Source of the DNA: Bacteroidota bacterium
GTDB taxonomy: Bacteria; Bacteroidota; Bacteroidia; Chitinophagales; Chitinophagaceae
NCBI GenBank assembly: GCA_016711825.1
Contig: JADJSG010000006.1
Span: 717,232 to 781,231, forward strand
Reading direction: 5' to 3'
Length of the DNA: 64,000 nt
Positions 29,097-37,589 of the stretch are shown in pieces. The notes under the pieces are model-generated. The model had not been told where the DNA came from. It did not search any database and was given only the letters and a program-made list of their open reading frames with translations. How positions within the stretch are numbered: position 1 is the stretch's first letter; each line of letters starts with the position of its first letter. The position numbers and the translations under genes were made by a program.

Positions 29097-30833
29097 CTAA
29101 TCAGCCTTTACAAATGATTTCACTGCAAATTTACCTTCTTGGGCAATTTTTACAAAGTATGATCCATTTGCAAGTTTGCTGATATTTAATTGTACATCAC
29201 CAGAAATGTTTTTAAACTCATTTGTGATGATTACATTTCCTAACATATCTACCACTTGCACGGTTGCATTACTTACTAAGCCATTAATATTTAAAAATTG
29301 GCTTGATGGGTTTGGATAAACAGTAACGATTTCGTTAAATTGTTGATCAGACAAACCAGCTGGTGTAGAAGCGGAGATTTTAACATTATCTACAAACATA
29401 GCACTTCCTTGATTTGCTGTGGTAGCAGTACCTCTGATACCTACTAACAAATTTTGGTTTGATTTGTATGAATTTAAATTAATGCTGTAATGACTCCAAT
29501 CAGATGCCATATTTGGAATAAAGATATTTGAAGCTGCAGTTGCAGGATACAATGCTTGATCGTTATTTAAAGCTGCACCTGATTTATTCCATACAGATGT
29601 CCATGTTGCACCACAATCTGTAGAAACAATCACTTCACATTTATCATTCGTAGTAGCAGATTTATTTGCATGTGCGCAGTCAAAGTCAAAAGTTAAATAT
29701 GGATTTCCACTAAAATTAACATTCGATACAATAGCAGTTAAAGGATTACTAGGACCACCTGTAATATCTAACAAATCAAATAATAAAGCTTGTGAAGGAG
29801 TTCCAAAAGGACCTACTACTTGAGCGATACCATTTACACCACCAGCAAAGGTGAATATATAATCCGTTGAAAGAGCATTCGGTGTTGTCCAGTTAGCAGG
29901 TAAATTTGCGTTGGTAAAAGGTTCAGCATAATCGGTTGTTTTGGCATTGCCATTTGAATAAACTTTCCAATTAAGATTCTTAGTATTGTTTGTGGCATTA
30001 ATATCTCCAGCAGCAACTATTTCCCAGCTATATCCATTATAACCTGTGCCATTGTTATGGGCAAAAGAAGGAACATTTACAGTACCTACTGCATTGCCAG
30101 CAACATTGCCTGACCAGGGATAAGTATTTACAGTAGTACCATTGTACTTAACATTAATCGTAGCACTTGTTAAAGGAGTAGTACTAAAATTTACAAATTT
30201 AAATGTTGGTGCTATAGCAGTTCCGCACATATAACTAGGATCTGGATAAGGTACCGTTGCTTTTACATCTACAGAAGCATTGGCAGCTCCTACAGGACAG
30301 GTAGACCCTGCTGTATATAAAGCAGCAGCAGACAATTGACCAACTTCAGTTATAATTTTATCTTGACAAATCATATAAATAGTTGGAAAATAACCAATAT
30401 TATAATCTGCGTCAAAAGTAGTGCCTGCTTGTAAATCAATGATTGGATGTTGCACACCAGTTACCCAATCGCCTTGGCTATTAGGACCAGCAGCTATCAA
30501 ATCAGCATTTGTTGTGGTTAAATCTCCTTCGATAAAAAGCACTATGCAATCATTTGTAGAATTAGCCAAAACACCTGGTTGACCAATTGGTCCGTGTTGT
30601 GCCCATAAATCATCTAATGCATGTGTATTGTGAAAATTCCAGCAAGGTCCGCACCATGTTGCAGATACATCAATATAAACTCTCTTACCTGCCGCTAGGT
30701 AATTATAGAGATTATGCGGTGTACCATTAATATCTGTTAAAGTAAAATCTGGAGCAATCACTCCATCTGGTAGTTGTGCATTCGCTGTTGAGAAACTCAC
30801 CAGTGCCAACAAAGAAAGTAGCATTTTTTTCAT
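29097..30833 (-). CDS. T9SS cargo protein with N-terminal TlpA/redoxin-like CGPC domain
   Basis: The ATG at 30833 (MKKMLLSLLALVSFSTANA|Q) is preferred to the ORF-track start at 30899. APDFTLTD...SATWCGPCW (Cys codons 30651-30653 and 30642-30644). C-terminal VYPNPSSQFLNI...GSYFVKI CTD. Confidence 0.75.
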   Translation of the reverse strand: MKKMLLSLLALVSFSTANAQLPDGVIAPDFTLTDINGTPHNLYNYLAAGKRVYIDVSATWCGPCWNFHNTHALDDLWAQHGPIGQPGVLANSTNDCIVLFIEGDLTTTNADLIAAGPNSQGDWVTGVQHPIIDLQAGTTFDADYNIGYFPTIYMICQDKIITEVGQLSAAALYTAGSTCPVGAANASVDVKATVPYPDPSYMCGTAIAPTFKFVNFSTTPLTSATINVKYNGTTVNTYPWSGNVAGNAVGTVNVPSFAHNNGTGYNGYSWEIVAAGDINATNNTKNLNWKVYSNGNAKTTDYAEPFTNANLPANWTTPNALSTDYIFTFAGGVNGIAQVVGPFGTPSQALLFDLLDITGGPSNPLTAIVSNVNFSGNPYLTFDFDCAHANKSATTNDKCEVIVSTDCGATWTSVWNKSGAALNNDQALYPATAASNIFIPNMASDWSHYSINLNSYKSNQNLLVGIRGTATTANQGSAMFVDNVKISASTPAGLSDQQFNEIVTVYPNPSSQFLNINGLVSNATVQVVDMLGNVIITNEFKNISGDVQLNISKLANGSYFVKIAQEGKFAVKSFVKAD

Positions 30834-30858
30834 TATGAATTTATTATTTTTTGAATCA

Positions 30859-30866
30859 CAAATATA
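30859..30866 (-). promoter_or_regulatory. Candidate -7 box (TATATTTG)
   Basis: Same TATATTTGTGATTCAA block as at 28781-28796, 26 nt upstream of the start at 30833. Confidence 0.45.
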
Positions 30867-30958
30867 ATCAACTAAAACATTATTTAAAAATTTTAACAAA
30901 ATAATGATTCATATATTACAATAATTCGTAAATTGCATTCAATTAAACTTTTAGAAGC

Positions 30959-31654
30959 ATGAAAAAATTAATTTTACTTGGGTTATTTATCAGTTTTACG
31001 GCAAGTACTTTTGCCCAGATTACCCTTTGGAAAGACACTGTGGAAGTCATTAATCTCAACAAACCACAAAGCAATTTACCTTTATTTGATACCTTATATA
31101 ATAATACCAATGCCCCTATCACCATTACCTGGAATAAATTGAGTGATAACTTATTATCAGGATGGACAGGAACCGGCATTTGTCAGGATGGCACTTGCTT
31201 TAGCTATGATAACACACCCCATAACTTCACAATTCCTGCTAATGGAAAAGGTGAAATAGATGTATTGATGAGTATCGCTGCCAATGCAACCAATGGTTGT
31301 AGCTATGTGACGGTTGAATTCTCTGAACCAGGTGTTATTGGTAAGAAAAATATTGTGTACAAATTTTGTACAAACATGACTGCTTCTACCAAAGACTTTA
31401 CAAATAATAATGTGGTGACAATTTTCCCTAACCCTGCAAGCAATTTTATCAATTTAAATATTTTAGACAATAAAGTTTCAAATATTGATGTGGTAAACAT
31501 TATAGGTAAAAAAATAGCTCATTTTGAAATTGATGCATCTACACCTAACCCTATGAGAATTCCATTAGACAATATCGCTAAAGGTATTTACTTAATGCAA
31601 TTTTCTGATAACAACGGTAAATTAATGGGTGTTAAAAGAGTGACAAAACAATAG
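30959..31654 (+). CDS. Small T9SS cargo protein of unknown function
   Basis: Signal peptide ...ASTFA|Q. C-terminal IFPNPASNFINL...GIYLMQF CTD. Confidence 0.7.
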   Translation: MKKLILLGLFISFTASTFAQITLWKDTVEVINLNKPQSNLPLFDTLYNNTNAPITITWNKLSDNLLSGWTGTGICQDGTCFSYDNTPHNFTIPANGKGEIDVLMSIAANATNGCSYVTVEFSEPGVIGKKNIVYKFCTNMTASTKDFTNNNVVTIFPNPASNFINLNILDNKVSNIDVVNIIGKKIAHFEIDASTPNPMRIPLDNIAKGIYLMQFSDNNGKLMGVKRVTKQ

Positions 31655-31682
31655 TTCCCCATTTATAAAAATATATTTAAAA

Positions 31683-31712
31683 ATGACTTTCTTTGTGAAA
31701 GTCATTTTTTTT
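31683..31712 (+). terminator. Intrinsic terminator
   Basis: ATGACTTTC-tttgt-GAAAGTCAT followed by T8. Confidence 0.75.
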
Positions 31713-31736
31713 AATTTAAAATTCAACATACACACT

Positions 31737-32504
31737 ATGAAAATTGTATCGTATAACCTCAACGGCATACGTTCAGCCATTAGCAAAGGCCTTCTCGACT
31801 GGATCAAAGAAGATAATGCAGATATATACTGCTTTCAGGAAACCAAAGCACATGAAATTGATATCGATAAAGCCGCTTTTGAAAAATTAGGGTACAATAC
31901 CTATTTTTTTTCAGCCCAAAAAAAAGGATATAGTGGTGTAGGTGTAATATCGAAACATAAGCCTTTAGACGTCATATACGGCTGTGGTATGGAACAAGCC
32001 GACTTTGAAGGACGTGTGATACAACTCACTTTTGAACATTTTCATTTAATCAATACCTATTTTCCAAGTGGTAGTAGTGGCGATGAACGACAAGCTTATA
32101 AAATGCGTTTTTTAAATGATTATATTGATTTTATACAAGATACATTTAAAAACAAACACACAAAACTCATCATAGCTGGCGACTATAATATTTGTCACCA
32201 AGCCATCGACATTCATGACCCAAAAGGTAACAAAGATTCAAGTGGTTTTTTACCTGAAGAACGTGCATGGATGGATACTTTTTTTGCTTGCGATATGATA
32301 GATAGTTTCAGAACTATCAATACTAACCCACATCAGTATAGCTGGTGGAGCTTTAGGGCCAATGCACGAAACAATAATAAAGGTTGGCGTATAGACTATA
32401 TCAATGTTTCAAAAACATTAAAAGATCAAATTGCAGATGCAGCCATATTGCCTGATATCAAACATTCTGATCATTGTCCGGTTATGTTAACCTTAAAACT
32501 GTAA
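31737..32504 (+). CDS. xth: Exodeoxyribonuclease III
   Basis: MKIVSYNLNGIRSA, CFQETK and the C-terminal SDHCPV motif. The ATG at 31737 is chosen because the ORF-track start lies inside the upstream terminator. Confidence 0.9.
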   Translation: MKIVSYNLNGIRSAISKGLLDWIKEDNADIYCFQETKAHEIDIDKAAFEKLGYNTYFFSAQKKGYSGVGVISKHKPLDVIYGCGMEQADFEGRVIQLTFEHFHLINTYFPSGSSGDERQAYKMRFLNDYIDFIQDTFKNKHTKLIIAGDYNICHQAIDIHDPKGNKDSSGFLPEERAWMDTFFACDMIDSFRTINTNPHQYSWWSFRANARNNNKGWRIDYINVSKTLKDQIADAAILPDIKHSDHCPVMLTLKL

Positions 32505-32512
32505 AAGATTAA

Positions 32513-33250
32513 TTAATCGGCACTCTTAAACTTAAACGCATCTTGTGCATTGATCAACATGGCGTTAATCCAGGGTTTATCTGACACTAATGTACTGTGA
32601 TGAATATTGCCAGCATTAAAATCAATAGCAGGCGAATCATACATACTGTTGAGATCAAACTCAATATTCAATGTTTTATCAACACCTGAAACAGTCATAT
32701 TGATAGGTACATTAATCGTAGAAAAAGCTAAGTCAGTACCTAAATGAAACTGTAAATCGGTGGTATCACCAATTGTATTAATAAATTTACCTTCATGCTT
32801 CATAAATAAATAACCCGTACTCCATGTCCAAATCATATTATACATAGGATCGAGGTCTCCATCTTGCGCACCAGTATGATTGCGTGCCGAATCAATGCCT
32901 AAATTAAAACGCATCGATTTGTAAACTGCATTGGGTAATACACCTGCATTGATAGTAGAAAAGTTAGCTGCATCAAAAGCATCTATCAAATCGTAATTAT
33001 TTAATTTAAATTCCACATTATCATCGGTTGTTAATACCACACTCGTTACATAATATTTTAATAAACTGATTGAATAAATATTGCCCGAAGCATTGGTATA
33101 ATTATACTTGCCATACTCAACAGGCTGCCCTGCTACTGTATTATGAAATTTGATGGTAACAGCAGCACTTTCAGGAACTGTATTATTAGAATTTTTTTTG
33201 CATGAAACCGCAAAAAGCAACATAATGGCTAAAAAAACTACATTTTTCAT
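32513..33250 (-). CDS. Lipoprotein of unknown function (possibly MbnP-like)
   Basis: Lipobox FAVSC. The pattern ...IYSISLLKYYVTSVVL...YDLIDAFD resembles MbnP-family lipoproteins from memory only. Confidence 0.35.
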   Translation of the reverse strand: MKNVVFLAIMLLFAVSCKKNSNNTVPESAAVTIKFHNTVAGQPVEYGKYNYTNASGNIYSISLLKYYVTSVVLTTDDNVEFKLNNYDLIDAFDAANFSTINAGVLPNAVYKSMRFNLGIDSARNHTGAQDGDLDPMYNMIWTWSTGYLFMKHEGKFINTIGDTTDLQFHLGTDLAFSTINVPINMTVSGVDKTLNIEFDLNSMYDSPAIDFNAGNIHHSTLVSDKPWINAMLINAQDAFKFKSAD

Positions 33251-33299
33251 TTTGAATTAATTTATAACCAAAGTTACGAGTAAAAATTGAAATAATCCG

Positions 33300-33953
33300 T
33301 TATTTGACCGTAAAAGCATATTGAATCATATTGGCACCCATACGTAACGCCAATTGTCTTTTCTCCTCAGGGTCTTTATGAACTTCAGGGTCTTCCCAGC
33401 CATCATTTAAATCGGTTTCAAAAGTATAAAAGCAAACCAACCTTCCCTGATAAATTAAACCAAAGCCTTTAGGTGGCTTATTATCATGCTCATGAATTTT
33501 GGGGAGACCATTGGCAAAGTCAAACTTCTGATGATAAATAGGATGTGAAAAAGGTAATTCTACAAAATCAAGTTCGGGAAATACTTTTTTCATAGCTGGT
33601 CTGATATACTTGTCAAGTCCGTAATTATCATCTACATGTAAAAAGCCACCCGCTATTAAGTAATTTCTTAAATTTTGGGTTTCAGCGTCATTAAACATAA
33701 TACGTCCATGACCCGTAGCAAACACAATTGGATAATTGAGCAGCTCTCTGCTTCCCACTTCCACCTGACCTTCCTGCAAATCAAATTGGGTATTTAATTG
33801 TTGATTTGAAAAACGAGCTAAATTTTTTAAGGCAGTAGGATTAGCATACCAATCACCCCCACCTCCATACACCAATAACCCTAACTTCAATTTTTGGGCT
33901 TGTGAAGTTTGAAGTATAAAAAGCAAAACAAAAAGTGTTATTATTTTTTTCAT
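33300..33953 (-). CDS. DUF4159-like secreted protein
   Basis: YGGGGDWYANPTAL, TGHGRIMF, GGFLHVDDNYG, LPKIHEHDNKPP and DGWEDPEVH match the DUF4159 pattern as remembered. Confidence 0.65.
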   Translation of the reverse strand: MKKIITLFVLLFILQTSQAQKLKLGLLVYGGGGDWYANPTALKNLARFSNQQLNTQFDLQEGQVEVGSRELLNYPIVFATGHGRIMFNDAETQNLRNYLIAGGFLHVDDNYGLDKYIRPAMKKVFPELDFVELPFSHPIYHQKFDFANGLPKIHEHDNKPPKGFGLIYQGRLVCFYTFETDLNDGWEDPEVHKDPEEKRQLALRMGANMIQYAFTVK

Positions 33954-34654
33954 TGTATGGCATTAAAAAGTGTACAAACGTATAATCCTGCAGTTTCTGT
34001 TCTAAGTCTATTGCTCCCTAATTGTATCACATCGCAGTGATGTTGTTTGCACAAATGTACTTCATCGGCTGTGAAATCACCTTCTGGCCCTATTAAAAAT
34101 AGGGTATCCTCCTCTTTTTTCATTAAAGTAAGCAAGGGAAATTTCTCAAATTCATTGCCACAATAAGCAATATAATTTTGCGCCGCTTTTGAAGGAAAAA
34201 GCGATGCCAATTTAGTTTCAGGATGTAAAATAGGTAAATAAGTTTGCTGAGATTGTAACATTGCAGCTATCAGAATTTTCTCAAAGCGATCTTTTTTAAA
34301 AAAAGACTTTTCGCTTCTTTGTGTGATTAGGGGTGTGATAGATGCAATACCCAATTCGGTGATTTTTTCCAAGAGCCATTCCATTCGGGCGTTATTTTTG
34401 GTAAATGCAATGGCGAGGTGTAAAGAGGGTTTCCTTATTTCCTCCATTTGTGTTTCCAGTATTTGAAGATCGCAATGACGTTTTGAAACATTAACTAACT
34501 TAACAAGGGCTTTCTGTCCATTTCCATTGGTTATATAAATCAATTCGTTGGTTTGCATACGCAATACATTCAACAGGTAATGCATATTGGCATCACTCAA
34601 TGTAAGGTGGTGTGCATCGGTATATACTTCGTAAAAAAATGGAATATTCATCAT
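33950..34654 (-). CDS. rsmE: 16S rRNA (uracil1498-N3)-methyltransferase
   Basis: 234 aa. LVRM-type N-terminus (LLNVLRM) and IGPEGDFTADEV SPOUT motif. Confidence 0.8.
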   Translation of the reverse strand: MMNIPFFYEVYTDAHHLTLSDANMHYLLNVLRMQTNELIYITNGNGQKALVKLVNVSKRHCDLQILETQMEEIRKPSLHLAIAFTKNNARMEWLLEKITELGIASITPLITQRSEKSFFKKDRFEKILIAAMLQSQQTYLPILHPETKLASLFPSKAAQNYIAYCGNEFEKFPLLTLMKKEEDTLFLIGPEGDFTADEVHLCKQHHCDVIQLGSNRLRTETAGLYVCTLFNAIQ

Positions 34655-35500
34655 TTACAACAATTCCTTAAACGTATTACCTTGATTGAGATCGCCGGTG
34701 GTATAGCCCTTTTTAAACCAGTACATGCGTTGAGCAGAAGTACCATGGGTAAAGGCATCTGGTACTACATAACCCTGGGCTTGTTGTTGTAAATGATCGT
34801 CACCTACAGCATTTGCGGCGCTAAGTGCTTCTTCAATATCTCCATCTTCTAAAGCGTTTTGATTATAATGCGCCCATACTCCGGCAAGGAAATCGGCTTG
34901 TAACTCCAAGGCCACTGAAAGTCGGTTTGCTTCTTTTTCACTGCTATTTTCCTGGCGTTGCCTCATTTTGGCTGTAGTACCTAATAAATGTTGTATATGA
35001 TGACCCACTTCATGCGATATCACATAAGCAAAGGCAAAATCGCCATGAGCACCCAGTTTATTGGTTAATTCATTAAAAAAATTAAGGGAGAGATAAATTT
35101 TTTGGTCTGCAGGGCAATAAAAAGGACCAGTTTGTGCATTAGCCATGCCACAAGGTGATTCCGTTTGTTGGCTAAAAATCACCATGGTTGGTTTTTCATA
35201 TTGAAGTTGATTTTCGGCAAAAAGTTTTGTCCAAATGGTTTCATTATCTGCTAAGGTTACGGCCGCAAATGATTTTAAATTTTTTTCTTCTTGTGTTTCA
35301 TGATATGGTTCGCTTGTAGTGGCAGCTGGCACATTTGAATTGGCAAAATCACTGATCAGTTTTTGTGGATCTCCCCCCATTAATAAACCAATGATAAGCA
35401 TAATAATTGCTAAGCCTCCGCCACCAGCGGCTATATTTCTGCCACTCATGCCTCTTCTATCTTCTATATTTTCACTTTCTTTTCTACCAAGCCATTTCAT
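34655..35500 (-). CDS. YpfJ-like neutral zinc metallopeptidase
   Basis: N-terminus KWLGRKESENIEDRRG, a TM segment, a GPFYCPADQKIY motif, and HEVGHH (HExxH). Confidence 0.8.
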   Translation of the reverse strand: MKWLGRKESENIEDRRGMSGRNIAAGGGGLAIIMLIIGLLMGGDPQKLISDFANSNVPAATTSEPYHETQEEKNLKSFAAVTLADNETIWTKLFAENQLQYEKPTMVIFSQQTESPCGMANAQTGPFYCPADQKIYLSLNFFNELTNKLGAHGDFAFAYVISHEVGHHIQHLLGTTAKMRQRQENSSEKEANRLSVALELQADFLAGVWAHYNQNALEDGDIEEALSAANAVGDDHLQQQAQGYVVPDAFTHGTSAQRMYWFKKGYTTGDLNQGNTFKELL

Positions 35501-35536
35501 ATTGTATATACTTTAATGTTATTAAAAAATTCTATG

Positions 35537-36517
35537 TTATTCATATAAAACTTGTAAAACAGTTTGTCCTACTGCTTTCAAGGTAGCTTTATCGATGATT
35601 GATAAATTGTCCTGATGTGTATGCCAATAATCACCAAAGTTACCATTCGCCTTTAAATGTATGATATCTACACATGGGATATGAGCTAATTCATTTACCA
35701 CAACATGATCGTCGGTGATACTACCTGCCTGGGTATATCTAAAATAATCAGAATAACCAAGACGGTTACCGATATCCCAGATACGACGTTGCACATCAGG
35801 TGCATAATGTTGCGAAAACCCTTCTAAGGGAAATTGGGCCCCTTTGGCACCTACCATATCCAAGCAAATACCAAAGTTTGCTTTATAATTAGGTATATGT
35901 GGATTTTTAGCCCAATGCTGGGTACCCAAACAATAACTTTCTTCTGTCCATTCGGTTCTCCCTACATCTTCTGCGTCTACCAATAATAGATCCACGCCGA
36001 TGTTTGGTTTTTGTTGTTTTAATTTAGCAGCAATTTCAAGCAAAACGGCCACACCGCTAGCCCCATCATCTGCTGCCAGAATTGGTTTTTGTGTATTTAT
36101 GGTATCTTCATCAGCCCAGGGGCGACTATCCCAATGTGCCAGTAATAAAATACGTTCGCTCGATTGTGGATTAAAGCTGGCGATGATATTAATTGCTGGA
36201 TATGATTTATTTGAAATGGCTTGCTTTAGGTTTGCTTTTTGGATATACACCGTATCGGCAAATTTTTTGAATGTGGCTTCTAACCAAGCTGCACATTGGG
36301 TTTGCGCAGCGCTACCTGGCACACGAGCACCAAATGAAAGTTGTTTTTCAATATAAGCATAGGCACTATCTGCATTAAAATCGGGTGCCTGAATCGTAGT
36401 TTGTGTAGTAGCTGGAGTATTAGTTTGCGTAGTTAATTCTTCATCATCACCACAGGATGCAATGGTTATTAGGATAAAGGAGAATAATAAAAAATAGCGT
36501 GTTTGTAAAATCATCAT
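35537..36517 (-). CDS. M28-fold lipoprotein, glutaminyl-peptide cyclotransferase-like
   Basis: Lipobox IASC. AHWDSRPWAD, DDGASGVAVLLE, VDAEDVG and YWHTHQD metal-site-like motifs. 326 aa. Confidence 0.65.
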   Translation of the reverse strand: MMILQTRYFLLFSFILITIASCGDDEELTTQTNTPATTQTTIQAPDFNADSAYAYIEKQLSFGARVPGSAAQTQCAAWLEATFKKFADTVYIQKANLKQAISNKSYPAINIIASFNPQSSERILLLAHWDSRPWADEDTINTQKPILAADDGASGVAVLLEIAAKLKQQKPNIGVDLLLVDAEDVGRTEWTEESYCLGTQHWAKNPHIPNYKANFGICLDMVGAKGAQFPLEGFSQHYAPDVQRRIWDIGNRLGYSDYFRYTQAGSITDDHVVVNELAHIPCVDIIHLKANGNFGDYWHTHQDNLSIIDKATLKAVGQTVLQVLYE

Positions 36518-36640
36518 TCAAAATTAAATCAAATTTATATAATAAATTCAATCATTCTCATAAAGACAACGATGATTTCCTTTATCGTAATGGTAACATT
36601 CAACAACAGCTAATGTGAATAAAAGACATCGTTTAGCAGT

Positions 36641-37537
36641 TTATTTCAGATGCACTTCTTCTGCATGTATCACTGCTTTGCTGGCACCTGTTTTATGTAC
36701 AATACCCACAATGACACAACTGTCTAAATTCCAGCCATTGACACCGGCAATATTGGGTTCAAAGGAAAGTACTTTTTCTATCACACGACCTTTAACCTTT
36801 GTAGGTAAACTGTCAAGGATGGGTTCCCCTGCAATCGGCGTAATTACTTTTTGCAATACGTGGTTAAATTTATAATCATGAATTTCTACACCTACACTAT
36901 CCTGAATATCAACTTTGCCACTTTCAAGTACATATAAAGTAAGTCCCAATTTTTCGGTGACATCGGCAGTAAAATGCAATTTAGCCAATACATTTACTTT
37001 GTTGGTACTGGGGTTATAAGAAGAAGTTAAGTGAATATTTACTGGGGTAGTTTTGCTCAATAATGCAGGCAATGCAGAAATCCAATCGGTACCTGTTTGT
37101 CCTCTCAATATAAAATATTTTGGATCTCCACCACCTATCACCAATGGTATGCGGTCAAAGGTAGCGCTCGGTTTGCCAGGGTCACCTTCATTGAAAAACA
37201 ATTTAAGTGCATCAGCATCGGCATTTCTAAAATCGTACATCGCAGCGGCTGTGGGTTCAGTTAAAAATCCAGAGTGCATAGAAGTGAGTAAAATTCTATT
37301 GGGATACTGAGCCACAAAGTCATTTAGTTGTTTGGTACCTGCAGGACAATTGGTACATAAAACACCTGTTAATTCTTCAATCACAATCTTTTTTTCCTGA
37401 GGTGTTTCTATTTGCGATACTACATAGGTGGTATCTGCCGAAATCAATGAATTTAAAATCAAGCCTCCAGGTATTTGCTCTTTACATGACGAGAGTAAAA
37501 GTGCTATGGCAGAGAAGGAGAAAAGTATTTTTTTCAT
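36641..37537 (-). CDS. Omp28-related lipoprotein with CxxC
   Basis: Lipobox LLSSC. IEELTGVLCTNCPAG resembles the EEFTGxWCxxCP start of Omp28-related proteins. Confidence 0.5.
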   Translation of the reverse strand: MKKILFSFSAIALLLSSCKEQIPGGLILNSLISADTTYVVSQIETPQEKKIVIEELTGVLCTNCPAGTKQLNDFVAQYPNRILLTSMHSGFLTEPTAAAMYDFRNADADALKLFFNEGDPGKPSATFDRIPLVIGGGDPKYFILRGQTGTDWISALPALLSKTTPVNIHLTSSYNPSTNKVNVLAKLHFTADVTEKLGLTLYVLESGKVDIQDSVGVEIHDYKFNHVLQKVITPIAGEPILDSLPTKVKGRVIEKVLSFEPNIAGVNGWNLDSCVIVGIVHKTGASKAVIHAEEVHLK

Positions 37538-37589
37538 ATAAAAATCATTTTTACGAAGTTACAATAAAATTTAAAAAATAAACCACGAA

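Noticed and set aside
30834-30899. Longer N-terminal extensions offered by the ORF track: 30899 for the CGPC protein, 41593 for the PpiD-like gene, 31683 for xth and 17272 for glnS.
   Set aside because: In each case an internal ATG gives a canonical N-terminus (a signal peptide or a conserved family start). The extension also overlaps a -7 box or a terminator hairpin.
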